A stretch of 64,000 bases of DNA from Myxococcota bacterium (GTDB lineage Bacteria; Myxococcota_A; Polyangia; Polyangiales; JANWZI01). Below the pieces are notes generated by a model. That model was given only the letters and a program-made list of their open reading frames with translations. It had not been told where the DNA came from and did not search any database. Both the position numbers and the translations under genes were made by a program. Shown here piece by piece: positions 9,158 through 18,386 of the stretch. The stretch is from positions 27,698 through 91,697 of the forward strand of contig JANWZI010000003.1 in NCBI GenBank assembly GCA_025054695.1, in the 5' to 3' direction. The stretch's first letter is position 1. Each line of letters starts with the position of its first letter.

Positions 9158-9834
9158 TCCGCGACGGCCGCGCGGCGCTCGCCATCGCCGCCAAGGATCT
9201 GCGCGCCGAGCTGCGCGGCAAGCAGGTGCTCACGCTCGCCGTTCCGTTCGCGGCGCTGCTCGCCGTGCTCGCCTCGCTCGCCTTCTACGTCGACCGGTCC
9301 GGAGCCCGAATGCTCGCCCCCGGAGTCATGTGGCTCACGATCGCCTTCGTCGGCGTCGTCGTCGTCGGCCGCGCCTACGACCGCGAGCGGGAATGGGAGG
9401 CCGGACGCGCCTTGCTCGTCTCGCCCGTCTCCCGCGGCGCGCTGTGGGCGGGCAAGACCCTCGCCGCCTTCCTTCTCGTGCTTCTCGTCGAACTGGTCCT
9501 GGTCCCACTCGTCGCCGTCTTCTTTCACGTCGAGCTGCTCTCGGTGATCGTGCCCCTCGCCGGACTGCTGGTGCTCGGCACCGCCGGCTTCGTCGCCCCC
9601 ACGTCGCTGTTCGGCGCGCTCGGCATGCGTCGCGCGGGTCACGATGCGCTCCTCGCCCTCGTCGTCTTCCCGCTCGTCGCACCCGTCCTGCTCGGCGCCG
9701 CCGTCGCCACCCGTGAGTTGCTCGACGGGGCTTCGTGGGACGATCTACGCGGCTGGCTCGCGCTGCTCGCGGCGGCCGATGTTCTGCACGTCGCAGCGGG
9801 CCTGCTCGCCTTCGGGCCCCTGGTCGAGGATTGA
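9154..9834 (+). CDS. ccmB: Heme exporter membrane protein CcmB-like
   Basis: GTG 9154 in the frame of track ORF 8536..9834, 226 aa. It is polytopic and hydrophobic (about 6 TM) with the N-terminal [13 protein letters not shown] motif typical of CcmB. No ccmC-H genes follow. Confidence 0.7.
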   Translation: MIRDGRAALAIAAKDLRAELRGKQVLTLAVPFAALLAVLASLAFYVDRSGARMLAPGVMWLTIAFVGVVVVGRAYDREREWEAGRALLVSPVSRGALWAGKTLAAFLLVLLVELVLVPLVAVFFHVELLSVIVPLAGLLVLGTAGFVAPTSLFGALGMRRAGHDALLALVVFPLVAPVLLGAAVATRELLDGASWDDLRGWLALLAAADVLHVAAGLLAFGPLVED

Positions 9835-9869
9835 CCGCACCGCCCGCCGACGCGAGGGCGGCGCCTCTC

Positions 9870-10216
9870 AACTCGGGCGGAGACTCGGACTCTGACGCGG
9901 GCTCGAACTCCGACACGGGCTCGGGCTCGGACTCGGGCTCCGAACCTGACTCGGGCTCTGACTCGGACTCGGTCTCGGACTCGGGCTGGGACTCGGACTC
10001 TGACGCGGGCTCGCACTCGGGCTCGGACTCGGTCTCGGTCTCAGATTCGGGCTCGGACTCGGACTCGGTCTCGGACTCGGGCTCGAACTCCGACACGGGC
10101 TCGGACTCGGGCTCCGAACCGGACTCGGGCTCTGTCCCGGACTCTGTCCCCGACCCAGGCTCCGGCTCGGAATCCGACTCGGACCCGGACTCGGACTCGG
10201 TCTCGGTCTCGGACCC
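9870..10216 (+). repeat. Hexamer-periodic intergenic repeat array R3 (largest)
   Basis: About 58 units of GGCTCG/GACTCG/GTCTCG. It lies between the convergent ccmB (stop 9834) and recO (stop 10292). GCTCGAACTCCGACACGGGCTCGG recurs exactly 180 bp apart (9901, 10081). GGACTCTGACGCGGGCTCG recurs 108 bp apart (9887, 9995). Confidence 0.92.
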
Positions 10217-10291
10217 GAAACGCCCCTCGGCAACATCGAACGACGTGCGCGCGGCCGTCCAACCGACGCAGAGCGCGAGGTCGATCGCGAG

Positions 10292-11107
10292 TCACGATTC
10301 CGCGCACGGGCCCGGTTCGCGGGACGAGTCGTCGACGGGATCGGCCATCGAGTCGGCCCGATCGCCACAGACGCGCTCCACGAGTCCTCCAAGCCCGTGC
10401 AGCGTTCGATTCAACCGCACGCGAAGGTGGGCGGCGACGGCCATGAGCCCCGCCGCGCGCTCGGTGGGCTCGAGCGGTTGCACCGATCGCGTCCACGTAC
10501 CGGAGCACGCTCCCTGCAACATCGCGCGCGTTGCTGCCGACAGCAGGATCGGCCCATGACCACACCGGCTGCAGAGCAGGGCCCCGAGGGCCGGATCGAA
10601 GCGCGCGGCGCCGCGCTCGGGCGCCACGCGCCCGCATCGCCCACAGGCATCGAGACGTGGCGCGAGCCCCGCCAGGGCCGTCAGGCGCGCGCAGAACGCG
10701 AGCAGTGTCTCCAGCGCCGGAGCCCCCTCGCCCTGCATCGCCTCGAGCATCTGCGTCGCCGCTTCGAACAAGCGCCGGTCGGGGTCGCGCGGGGCGACGA
10801 TCTCGCGGCACGCCTCGAGCGCGGCCCCGGCACACCGCATCGCGTCGAGCCGCCCGAGCAACGCGGGGTACGTGCGGACGGGCTCGGCGCTCTCCAAACG
10901 CACCAGCTCGCCTCGACCGGCGCGCAACTGCACGCGCATCCACGTGAACGGTTCGAGCGCCCCCGCGAACCGCCGTCGGCTCGTGCGCGCACCGCGCGCC
11001 ATCGCGGAGACCTTGCCCAGGTCCGCGGTCAGCAGCGTGACCACACGATCGCGCTCGCCGTAGTCGACCGCGCGCAGCAGCAGCGCGTCGGTCACGGTCG
11101 TCGTCAC
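10292..11107 (-). CDS. recO: DNA repair protein RecO
   Basis: ORF track, 271 aa. It has an N-terminal OB-fold region ([34 protein letters not shown]). A Cys4 zinc motif is present (CGRCGR...CSRCG). Confidence 0.9.
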   Translation of the reverse strand: MTTTVTDALLLRAVDYGERDRVVTLLTADLGKVSAMARGARTSRRRFAGALEPFTWMRVQLRAGRGELVRLESAEPVRTYPALLGRLDAMRCAGAALEACREIVAPRDPDRRLFEAATQMLEAMQGEGAPALETLLAFCARLTALAGLAPRLDACGRCGRVAPERGAARFDPALGALLCSRCGHGPILLSAATRAMLQGACSGTWTRSVQPLEPTERAAGLMAVAAHLRVRLNRTLHGLGGLVERVCGDRADSMADPVDDSSREPGPCAES

Positions 11108-11108
11108 G

Positions 11109-11552
11109 TCACCCGATCGCGATCGTCGTCGGCGGTCGCGGCGCTCCCGCCGCCCGCGACAGCTCGTACGGCGTCTCGCGCTGGCGGGGCTGCAGCACGA
11201 TCGAGAGCGCGAGCGTGAACAGAATGAGCAAGATCACGACGACGATGGCGACGCCGAACCGTGCACCGCGCTCGGGCTGCGCGAGCACCGAGCCTGGTGG
11301 CAGGCCCGAGCCGTGGGCGGGCGCGCGGCTCCGCTCGTACAGTGCGAGCACGGGCGCCGGATCGATGCCGAGGAGCCGCGCGTACGCGCGCAGGTAGCCG
11401 CGCGCGAACACGTCCGCCGGAAGCTCGTCGAAGCGGTCCGCCTCGATGCGCTCGAGAACCCGAAGCGGGATGCGCGTGCCGCTCGCCACTTCTTCGAGCG
11501 ACATCCCGCGCAGCTCGCGTTCGGCCCGGAGCCGCCGTCCCGCACTCTCCAC
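11109..11552 (-). CDS. RodZ-like helix-turn-helix membrane protein
   Basis: GTG 11552, preceded by GGAGGAG, in the frame of track ORF 11109..11882; 147 aa. It has an XRE-type HTH (MSLEEVASGTRIPLRVLERIEADRFDELP...GYLRAYARLLG) followed by one TM helix (VAIVVVILLILFTLALSIVL). Confidence 0.7.
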   Translation of the reverse strand: MESAGRRLRAERELRGMSLEEVASGTRIPLRVLERIEADRFDELPADVFARGYLRAYARLLGIDPAPVLALYERSRAPAHGSGLPPGSVLAQPERGARFGVAIVVVILLILFTLALSIVLQPRQRETPYELSRAAGAPRPPTTIAIG

Positions 11553-11553
11553 G

Positions 11554-12414
11554 TCACTCCTCCAGATACCGGCGGCACGCGCGCCCGGTCTCGGTCCGCG
11601 CGTCGAGCGCGACGCAGCGCTCGAAGTCGGCGACCGCGTCCGATCGACGCCCCAGGCGCGCGCGCATCTCGCCGCGCAGCCGCCATGCCTCCTGCCAGCG
11701 CCCGCAGCGCTCGTCCGCCTCGATCGCGCGCCCGAACGCCTCCTCGGCGCCCTGCACGTCGCCGCTCGCGAACCGAACCTGCCCGAGCCAGTAGTGCCCC
11801 ACGCAGAACCGCGGCTGCAGACGCACCGCCGTCTCGATCTCGCCGATCGCCTCCTCGTTGCGACCGAGCCCGTGCAGCGCACGGCCCAGATTGAGGCGAG
11901 CGTGCCACGGCTCCCGGTTGTGGATGTCCGAGGCGCTCGACCTCAGCAGTTCGACCGCCTCGGCGTGACGACCCGTCGCGACGAGCAGCCCCCCGAGCAC
12001 GTTGCGCGCTTCGGCCAGCGTGCTCGGCTCGTCGTCGCGACGCTCGAGCACACCGACCGCGCGCCGCGCCAGCGCGATCGATTCGGCGTGCTCGCCCCGA
12101 TCGTGGTGGATGAGGGCGAGCAGGAGCATCGCGCGCGCATTGTCGGGGTCGAGCCGCAGCGCCCGACGGGCGTGCTGGACCGCGCCCGGAACGTTGCCTT
12201 CCTCGCGCAACGAGGCTGCGAGCCGGAACTCGTGCATCGAGCGCTCCACCTCCTCCACCGACGGCCCTCCTCCACAGCCGACCAGTGCGACCGCCAAGCC
12301 AACGCATCGTGCGCGAGCCCATCGTCGTGGCCCGCGCGAGGACCGAACGCCGCGGCCCGATCTAGCCGGCACGCGGTCCGCCGTCAACGGCGCGGAGCCC
12401 CGCCGGTCAGTCAT
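11554..12414 (-). CDS. TPR-repeat lipoprotein
   Basis: ATG 12414 within track ORF 11554..12549. It has the lipobox LAVALVGCGGG. Multiple TPR units follow (AVQHARRALRLDPDNARAMLLLALIH..., NLGRALHGLGRNEEAIGEIETAVRLQP...). Confidence 0.75.
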   Translation of the reverse strand: MTDRRGSAPLTADRVPARSGRGVRSSRGPRRWARARCVGLAVALVGCGGGPSVEEVERSMHEFRLAASLREEGNVPGAVQHARRALRLDPDNARAMLLLALIHHDRGEHAESIALARRAVGVLERRDDEPSTLAEARNVLGGLLVATGRHAEAVELLRSSASDIHNREPWHARLNLGRALHGLGRNEEAIGEIETAVRLQPRFCVGHYWLGQVRFASGDVQGAEEAFGRAIEADERCGRWQEAWRLRGEMRARLGRRSDAVADFERCVALDARTETGRACRRYLEE

Positions 12415-13075
12415 CGCGCACCTCCTCCTTGGCCCCGAGGAGCTGGAACAGCCGGCGCAGCGCCTCCAGATCGGGTACGAGCACCCGCTCGTCGACGATC
12501 CGCACGTAGCCGCCGTCGCGTAGTTGCTGCACGGTCCGCTTGACGGCATCGACGTCGAGGCCGACCCGCGCGCTCAACTCGAGCGGCGAGATCGCGACGA
12601 GCCGTCCCTCCGGGCGCTCGGGCGCCACGGCTGCCAGCCGCAGCAGCGTGTTGACGACGCGCGAGGGGTGGTCCCGCAGCATCGCGTTTTCGATGCGTTC
12701 CTCGGCCTGTTCGAGTCGTGCCACGAATTGCTCGACCATCCGTCGCGCGACGCGCGGGTTGCCTGCGAGCAACGCGCCCAGCGTCTCGCGGTCGAGCGCG
12801 AGCACCGTCGCCGCGGAAAGTGCGACGGCGCGCGCGCGATAGACCGGCTCGGCACCCGGTCCGAGCGCCTCCTCGCCGAACAACTCCCCGACGGGCACCA
12901 CGCGGACGACGCGCTCGATGCCCCGGACGTGCCGGACGATGCGCACGCGCCCGGCGTGCAGCACGAATCCGTGACGCGCCGGCTGACCCTCGTCGTAGAG
13001 CACCGCTCCGGGCTCGTACGCGCGCCCGAACCGCTCCAGCAGCCGGGCCTGTTCGCCCTCGCCGAGCCCCTGCAC
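12407..13075 (-). CDS. Crp/Fnr family transcriptional regulator (cNMP-binding domain plus HTH)
   Basis: ORF track, 222 aa. It has a beta-roll cNMP-binding region ([25 protein letters not shown]...GELFGEEAL). A C-terminal winged HTH is present ([30 protein letters not shown]). Confidence 0.85.
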   Translation of the reverse strand: MQGLGEGEQARLLERFGRAYEPGAVLYDEGQPARHGFVLHAGRVRIVRHVRGIERVVRVVPVGELFGEEALGPGAEPVYRARAVALSAATVLALDRETLGALLAGNPRVARRMVEQFVARLEQAEERIENAMLRDHPSRVVNTLLRLAAVAPERPEGRLVAISPLELSARVGLDVDAVKRTVQQLRDGGYVRIVDERVLVPDLEALRRLFQLLGAKEEVRDD

Positions 13076-13087
13076 GGCCGCGCGTGC

Positions 13088-14062
13088 TTACTCCGCCAGA
13101 TGGCAGGCGGCAAAGTGCCCCGGCGCGACGGCCCGCAACGGCGGAACCTGCACGTCGCACAGCCCGGCGCGCGCCTTGCGGCAGCGCGGGTGGAACGAGC
13201 ATCCGGGAGGCGGTGCCACGGGGCTCGGCACGTCGCCCTCGAGCAGGATCCGCAGCCGCCGTCGCTCCGGATCGGGAACGGGCACCGCCGAAAGCAGCGC
13301 CTCGGTGTAGGGGTGACGCGGCCGGTCGAACAGCGCACCGGCATCCGCCAACTCCACGATACGGCCGAGGTACATGACCGCCACGCGCCGGCTGACGACG
13401 CGGACGACGTTCAGGTCGTGCGCGACGAACAGATACGCGAGCCCCAGCTCTTCCTGCAGATCCTTCAAGAGATTGACGATCTGCGCCTGGATCGAGACGT
13501 CGAGCGCACTGACCGGCTCGTCGCACACGATGAACCGCGGCTCGACCGCGAGCGCGCGCGCGATTCCGATGCGCTGCCGCTGACCGCCGGAAAACTCGTG
13601 GGGGTAGCGCCGCGCGTGCTCCGGTCGCAGCCCGACGCGTCGCAGCAGCGCTTCGACGCGCGCCTCCCGCTCCGATGCGCTCGACACCATGCGGTGGATC
13701 TGCAGTCCCTCGGCCACGATCTGCCCGACGGTCATGCGCGGATCGAGCGAGGCGTACGGATCCTGGAAGACGATCTGCATGCGCCGACGCAGCGGCCGCA
13801 GCCTGCGCTCCGGCAGCTCGGTGATGTCGGTGCCCTCGAACCGCACGCGTCCCGACGTCGGCTCGATCAGGCGCAGCAGCAACCGCCCGAGCGTGCTCTT
13901 GCCGCAACCCGACTCCCCGACGAGTCCCACCGTCTCCCCCGCCTCGACGCGCAGATCGACTCCGTCGACGGCCCGTACCGCACCGCGAGCGCGCGAGAAC
14001 AGGCCCCGCCGCAAGGCAAAGTGCTTGACCAGCCCCGTGGCCTCGACGAGCGGATCGCTCAC
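13088..14062 (-). CDS. Oligopeptide/dipeptide-type ABC transporter ATP-binding protein (OppF/DppF-like)
   Basis: GTG 14062 in the frame of track ORF 13088..14800. It has Walker [10 protein letters not shown], the signature [15 protein letters not shown] and Walker [13 protein letters not shown]. The oligopeptide C-terminal extension is present ([14 protein letters not shown]...CSFHPRC). Confidence 0.9.
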   Translation of the reverse strand: MSDPLVEATGLVKHFALRRGLFSRARGAVRAVDGVDLRVEAGETVGLVGESGCGKSTLGRLLLRLIEPTSGRVRFEGTDITELPERRLRPLRRRMQIVFQDPYASLDPRMTVGQIVAEGLQIHRMVSSASEREARVEALLRRVGLRPEHARRYPHEFSGGQRQRIGIARALAVEPRFIVCDEPVSALDVSIQAQIVNLLKDLQEELGLAYLFVAHDLNVVRVVSRRVAVMYLGRIVELADAGALFDRPRHPYTEALLSAVPVPDPERRRLRILLEGDVPSPVAPPPGCSFHPRCRKARAGLCDVQVPPLRAVAPGHFAACHLAE

Positions 14063-15057
14063 GACGGCACCTGCACGCCCGCTTCGCGAGCCACGACGAA
14101 ACACGCCACCTCTCGGTGCCCAAGACGAACGAGCGGAGGCTGCGCCTGCCGGCAGGCGGGCTCGACCCGGTCGCACCGATCCGCGAACCGGCATCCCGGC
14201 GGCAGCGCGCGTAGGTCCGGCACCACACCGGGAATGGTCGGTAGCCGCCGTGCGCGCGCGTTGTCTCCGAACCCGGGCACCGATCGCATCAGGCCTTGCG
14301 TGTACGGGTGCAGCGGTTCGGCGAACAGCGCCCGCGTCGGCGCCCGTTCGACCACCTTGCCGGCGTACATGACGACGACCTGTTCGGCGAGCTCGGCGAC
14401 GACGCCCAAATCGTGCGTGATGAGGATCACGCTCATGCCGAGCTCGCGCTGGAGCCTGCCGAGCAGGTCGAGGATCTGCGCCTGGATCGTCACGTCGAGC
14501 GCGGTCGTCGGCTCGTCCGCGATGAGCAGCCGGGGCCGACAGCAAAGCGCCATCGCGATCATCACGCGCTGACGCATGCCGCCCGAGAGCTGATGCGGGT
14601 AGGCGTGGACCCTCTCGGCCGGCGCGGGGATGCCCACCTCCGCGAGCAGCTCGATCGCGCGCGCCCGCGCGGCCTTTCGGCCCAGACCGCGGTGCAGCCG
14701 AAGCGCCTCGGCGATCTGGTCGCCCACGGTGTAGACAGGGTTGAGCGCCGAGGCGGGTTCCTGGAAGATCATCGCGATCCGGTCTCCGCGAATCCGGCAC
14801 ATCTCGCGCTCGGAGAGCGCGAGAAGGTCGCGCCCCTCGAACCGGACGCTGCCGCGCTCGATGCGTCCCGCGGGTTCTGGAAGAAGCCGCAGCAGGGCCA
14901 GGGACGTGACCGACTTGCCGCAGCCCGACTCGCCGACGAGGCCCAGCGTCGCGCCCTCCGCGACGTCGAGATCGACGCCATCGACGGCCCGCACGACCCC
15001 TTCGTCCGTGTGGAACGCGACGGCGAGGTCTCGCACCTCGAGCAACGGCGCCGCCAT
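14059..15057 (-). CDS. Oligopeptide/dipeptide-type ABC transporter ATP-binding protein (OppD/DppD-like)
   Basis: ATG 15057 in the frame of track ORF 14059..16701, 332 aa. It has [24 protein letters not shown] and [12 protein letters not shown], plus the C-terminal [14 protein letters not shown]...CRFADRC. The stop overlaps the next start (GTGA). Confidence 0.9.
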   Translation of the reverse strand: MAAPLLEVRDLAVAFHTDEGVVRAVDGVDLDVAEGATLGLVGESGCGKSVTSLALLRLLPEPAGRIERGSVRFEGRDLLALSEREMCRIRGDRIAMIFQEPASALNPVYTVGDQIAEALRLHRGLGRKAARARAIELLAEVGIPAPAERVHAYPHQLSGGMRQRVMIAMALCCRPRLLIADEPTTALDVTIQAQILDLLGRLQRELGMSVILITHDLGVVAELAEQVVVMYAGKVVERAPTRALFAEPLHPYTQGLMRSVPGFGDNARARRLPTIPGVVPDLRALPPGCRFADRCDRVEPACRQAQPPLVRLGHREVACFVVAREAGVQVPS

Positions 15058-15108
15058 GGGCGCGGCACTGTAACGAAACGGCTCGCCGCTGACCACGAGG
15101 CCGCGCAC

Positions 15109-15231
15109 GGACTCTGGCTCGGGCTCGGACTCGGGCTCTGACTCGGACTCGGACTCGGACTCTGACGCGGACTCAGTCTCGGACTCGGTCTCGGACACGG
15201 GCTCGGGCCCGGACTCGGACTCAGGCTCGGA
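15109..15231 (+). repeat. Hexamer-periodic intergenic repeat array R4
   Basis: GGCTCG/GACTCG units between the accC stop (15255) and the OppD-like start (15057). It contains GGACTCTGACGCGGACTC, the same sub-motif seen twice in R3. Confidence 0.9.
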
Positions 15232-15254
15232 GTGGCCAAGCTCCGCCGGCAGCT

Positions 15255-16613
<1,359 letters not shown>

Positions 16614-16639
16614 CGGCTCCGCCCTCCGACCGCCGTCGC

Positions 16640-17136
<497 letters not shown>

Positions 17137-17140
<4 letters not shown>

Positions 17141-17628
17141 GCGCCGCTCCGCACCCGCCGCTCCGCGGGCTGCCGGCTCCTCACATAGTCGACCAGTCCC
17201 CGCAAGCCAAGCTCGTAGCTCGCGGGCCCGAAGCCCGCGACGAGCCCGATGCACGCCGCCGCGACGCGGGAGCGCCCGCGAAAGCCCTCGCGCGCCAGGA
17301 GATTCGACAGGTGAACCTCCACCGCGGGCACGCCCGTGCCCGCGACCGCGTCGCGGATCGCGACCGACCCGTGCGTGTAGCCGCCGGGATTGAGCAACAA
17401 GCCGTCGTAGTGCTCGCGCGCTTCGTGGATCCAGTCGATGATGACGCCCTCGTGGTTGCTCTGGCGGCAGTCGACCTGTACGGCGAGGGCCTCCCCCAGA
17501 CGTCGAAGCGCCGCGTCGATCGCCTCGAGCGTCGTGGTGCCGTACACGGACGGCTCGCGCGCGCCGAGGAGATTGAGGTTCGGACCGTGCACGACGAGGA
17601 TGCGCAGGCGCGGCTCGGGACTCGTCAC
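17137..17628 (-). CDS. aroQ: Type II 3-dehydroquinate dehydratase
   Basis: GTG 17628 within track ORF 17137..17712. Motifs are ILVVHGPNLNLLG, SNHEG and LLNPGGYTHGS. aroQ-accB-accC is the conserved order seen in many bacteria. Confidence 0.93.
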
Positions 17629-17641
17629 GTGCGCGTCGAGC

Positions 17642-18001
17642 TCAGGCAAGCTGGGCGAGCACGTCCGGGGCCTTGACCCGGAGCACCCAACGCGCCTTGC
17701 CCGCGTTGCCACCCGGCCGGAGGGTCGCGGCGAGAAAGTAGTCGGCGTCGAGTAGCCGCACGACGACGGTCATCGACTCGGACTGAACGGCCACCTCGCG
17801 CGTCGCGCCGGCCTGCAGCTGCTCGGCGGCGCGGCGGATGTCCTTGAGGATCACGCTGTACTCCATGCCCACGGTCTCGACGTCCACCCCCGCGTCGGGA
17901 CGCGTGTACTGGTCGACGACGATGCCGTCGAAGCCCATCACGAGCGCGCCCGTGCACCCCTCGGTGCGCTCGACGACGTCGCGGAGAAGGTCCTGGAACA
18001 T
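17642..18001 (-). CDS. Roadblock/LC7 domain protein (MglB-like fold)
   Basis: ORF track, 119 aa. MFQDLLRDVVERTEGCTGALVMGFDGIVVDQY...MTVVVRLLDADYFLAATL matches the Roadblock/LC7 pattern. No small GTPase gene is adjacent. Confidence 0.75.
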   Translation of the reverse strand: MFQDLLRDVVERTEGCTGALVMGFDGIVVDQYTRPDAGVDVETVGMEYSVILKDIRRAAEQLQAGATREVAVQSESMTVVVRLLDADYFLAATLRPGGNAGKARWVLRVKAPDVLAQLA

Positions 18002-18046
18002 GCGCGCCTCGGCGCGTTCGATCAGCGCACGGACGCCCCCGTTCCG

Positions 18047-18163
18047 TCAAGAACCGCGCCGACCGCCGCGCCGATCGTCCCACCGACGCCGCTCGCGATC
18101 GTCGAGGCGCTTGGCCAGCAGCAGCGTGCAAACGGCCACCGCCAGGAACAGCCCCCACGCCAT
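18047..18163 (-). CDS. Possible 38-aa membrane micro-protein (MAWGLFLAVAVCTLLLAKRLDDRERRRWDDRRGGRRGS)
   Basis: An internal ATG of track ORF 18047..18343, downstream of the tRNA. It encodes one hydrophobic helix then a basic tail. Third-position GC is high, but there is no clear Shine-Dalgarno sequence. Confidence 0.25.
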   Translation of the reverse strand: MAWGLFLAVAVCTLLLAKRLDDRERRRWDDRRGGRRGS

Positions 18164-18177
18164 CGCCGGACCTGCGG

Positions 18178-18260
18178 TGCGGAAGAGAGGACTCGAACCT
18201 CCACGGGGGTTACCCACTGGATCCTTAGTCCAGCGCGTCTGCCAGTTCCGCCACTTCCGC
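18178..18260 (-). tRNA. tRNA-Leu (class II, long variable arm); the anticodon loop reads CUAAGGA, so the anticodon is apparently AAG
   Basis: The reverse complement is GCGGAAGTGGCGGAACTGGCAGACGCGCTGGACTAAGGATCCAGTGGGTAACCCCCGTGGAGGTTCGAGTCCTCTCTTCCGCA. It has a 7-bp acceptor stem (GCGGAAG/CTTCCGC) and an anticodon stem CTGGA/TCCAG. The T arm is GGAGG-TTCGAGT-CCTCT and the discriminator is A. It is followed by CCG, so CCA is not fully encoded. It aligns base for base with the E. coli tRNA-Leu architecture. Confidence 0.9.
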
Positions 18261-18275
18261 GAGCGATCCCCGGGC

Positions 18276-18303
18276 AGGCTAACCGCGCCCCCCGCCTTGT
18301 CAA
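18276..18303 (-). promoter_or_regulatory. Candidate sigma70-type promoter of the tRNA-Leu gene
   Basis: The minus strand reads TTGACA, a 16-nt spacer, then TAGCCT. The -10 element ends 15 nt before the mature tRNA 5' end. Confidence 0.5.
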
Positions 18304-18386
18304 GAACGCCCTTCGTGCGCGGCGCGTTCGCTTGCCCCTGCACGCGGCGCTCCGCATACTGCCCGCCCGTGTCACGGGGCGACCGC

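Noticed and set aside
9870-10216. Possibility that the repeat arrays are CRISPR loci.
   Set aside because: The unit length is 6 nt and the units are contiguous. There are no 25-40 nt direct repeats separated by unique spacers, no leader, and no cas genes in the window.
9735-10559. Low-complexity ORFs reading through the hexamer arrays. Examples are 9735..10559 (GSDSDSGS...), 9335..10096, 9868..10392, 1695..2012, 1751..2005, 3799..4701, 41239..42879, and the N-terminal part of 52046..53185 (LGLGLRLGLG).
   Set aside because: The arrays are open in several frames on both strands at once, purely because of the 6-nt unit. The ORFs lack ribosome-binding context, and their non-repeat parts are antisense or out of frame with well-supported genes. 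I treat the arrays as non-coding.
18178-18386. tRNA-Leu as an integration hotspot or genomic island boundary.
   Set aside because: There is no integrase, no direct repeat of the tRNA 3' end, and no compositional shift on either side. The flanking genes are housekeeping (aroQ-accBC, glnD).
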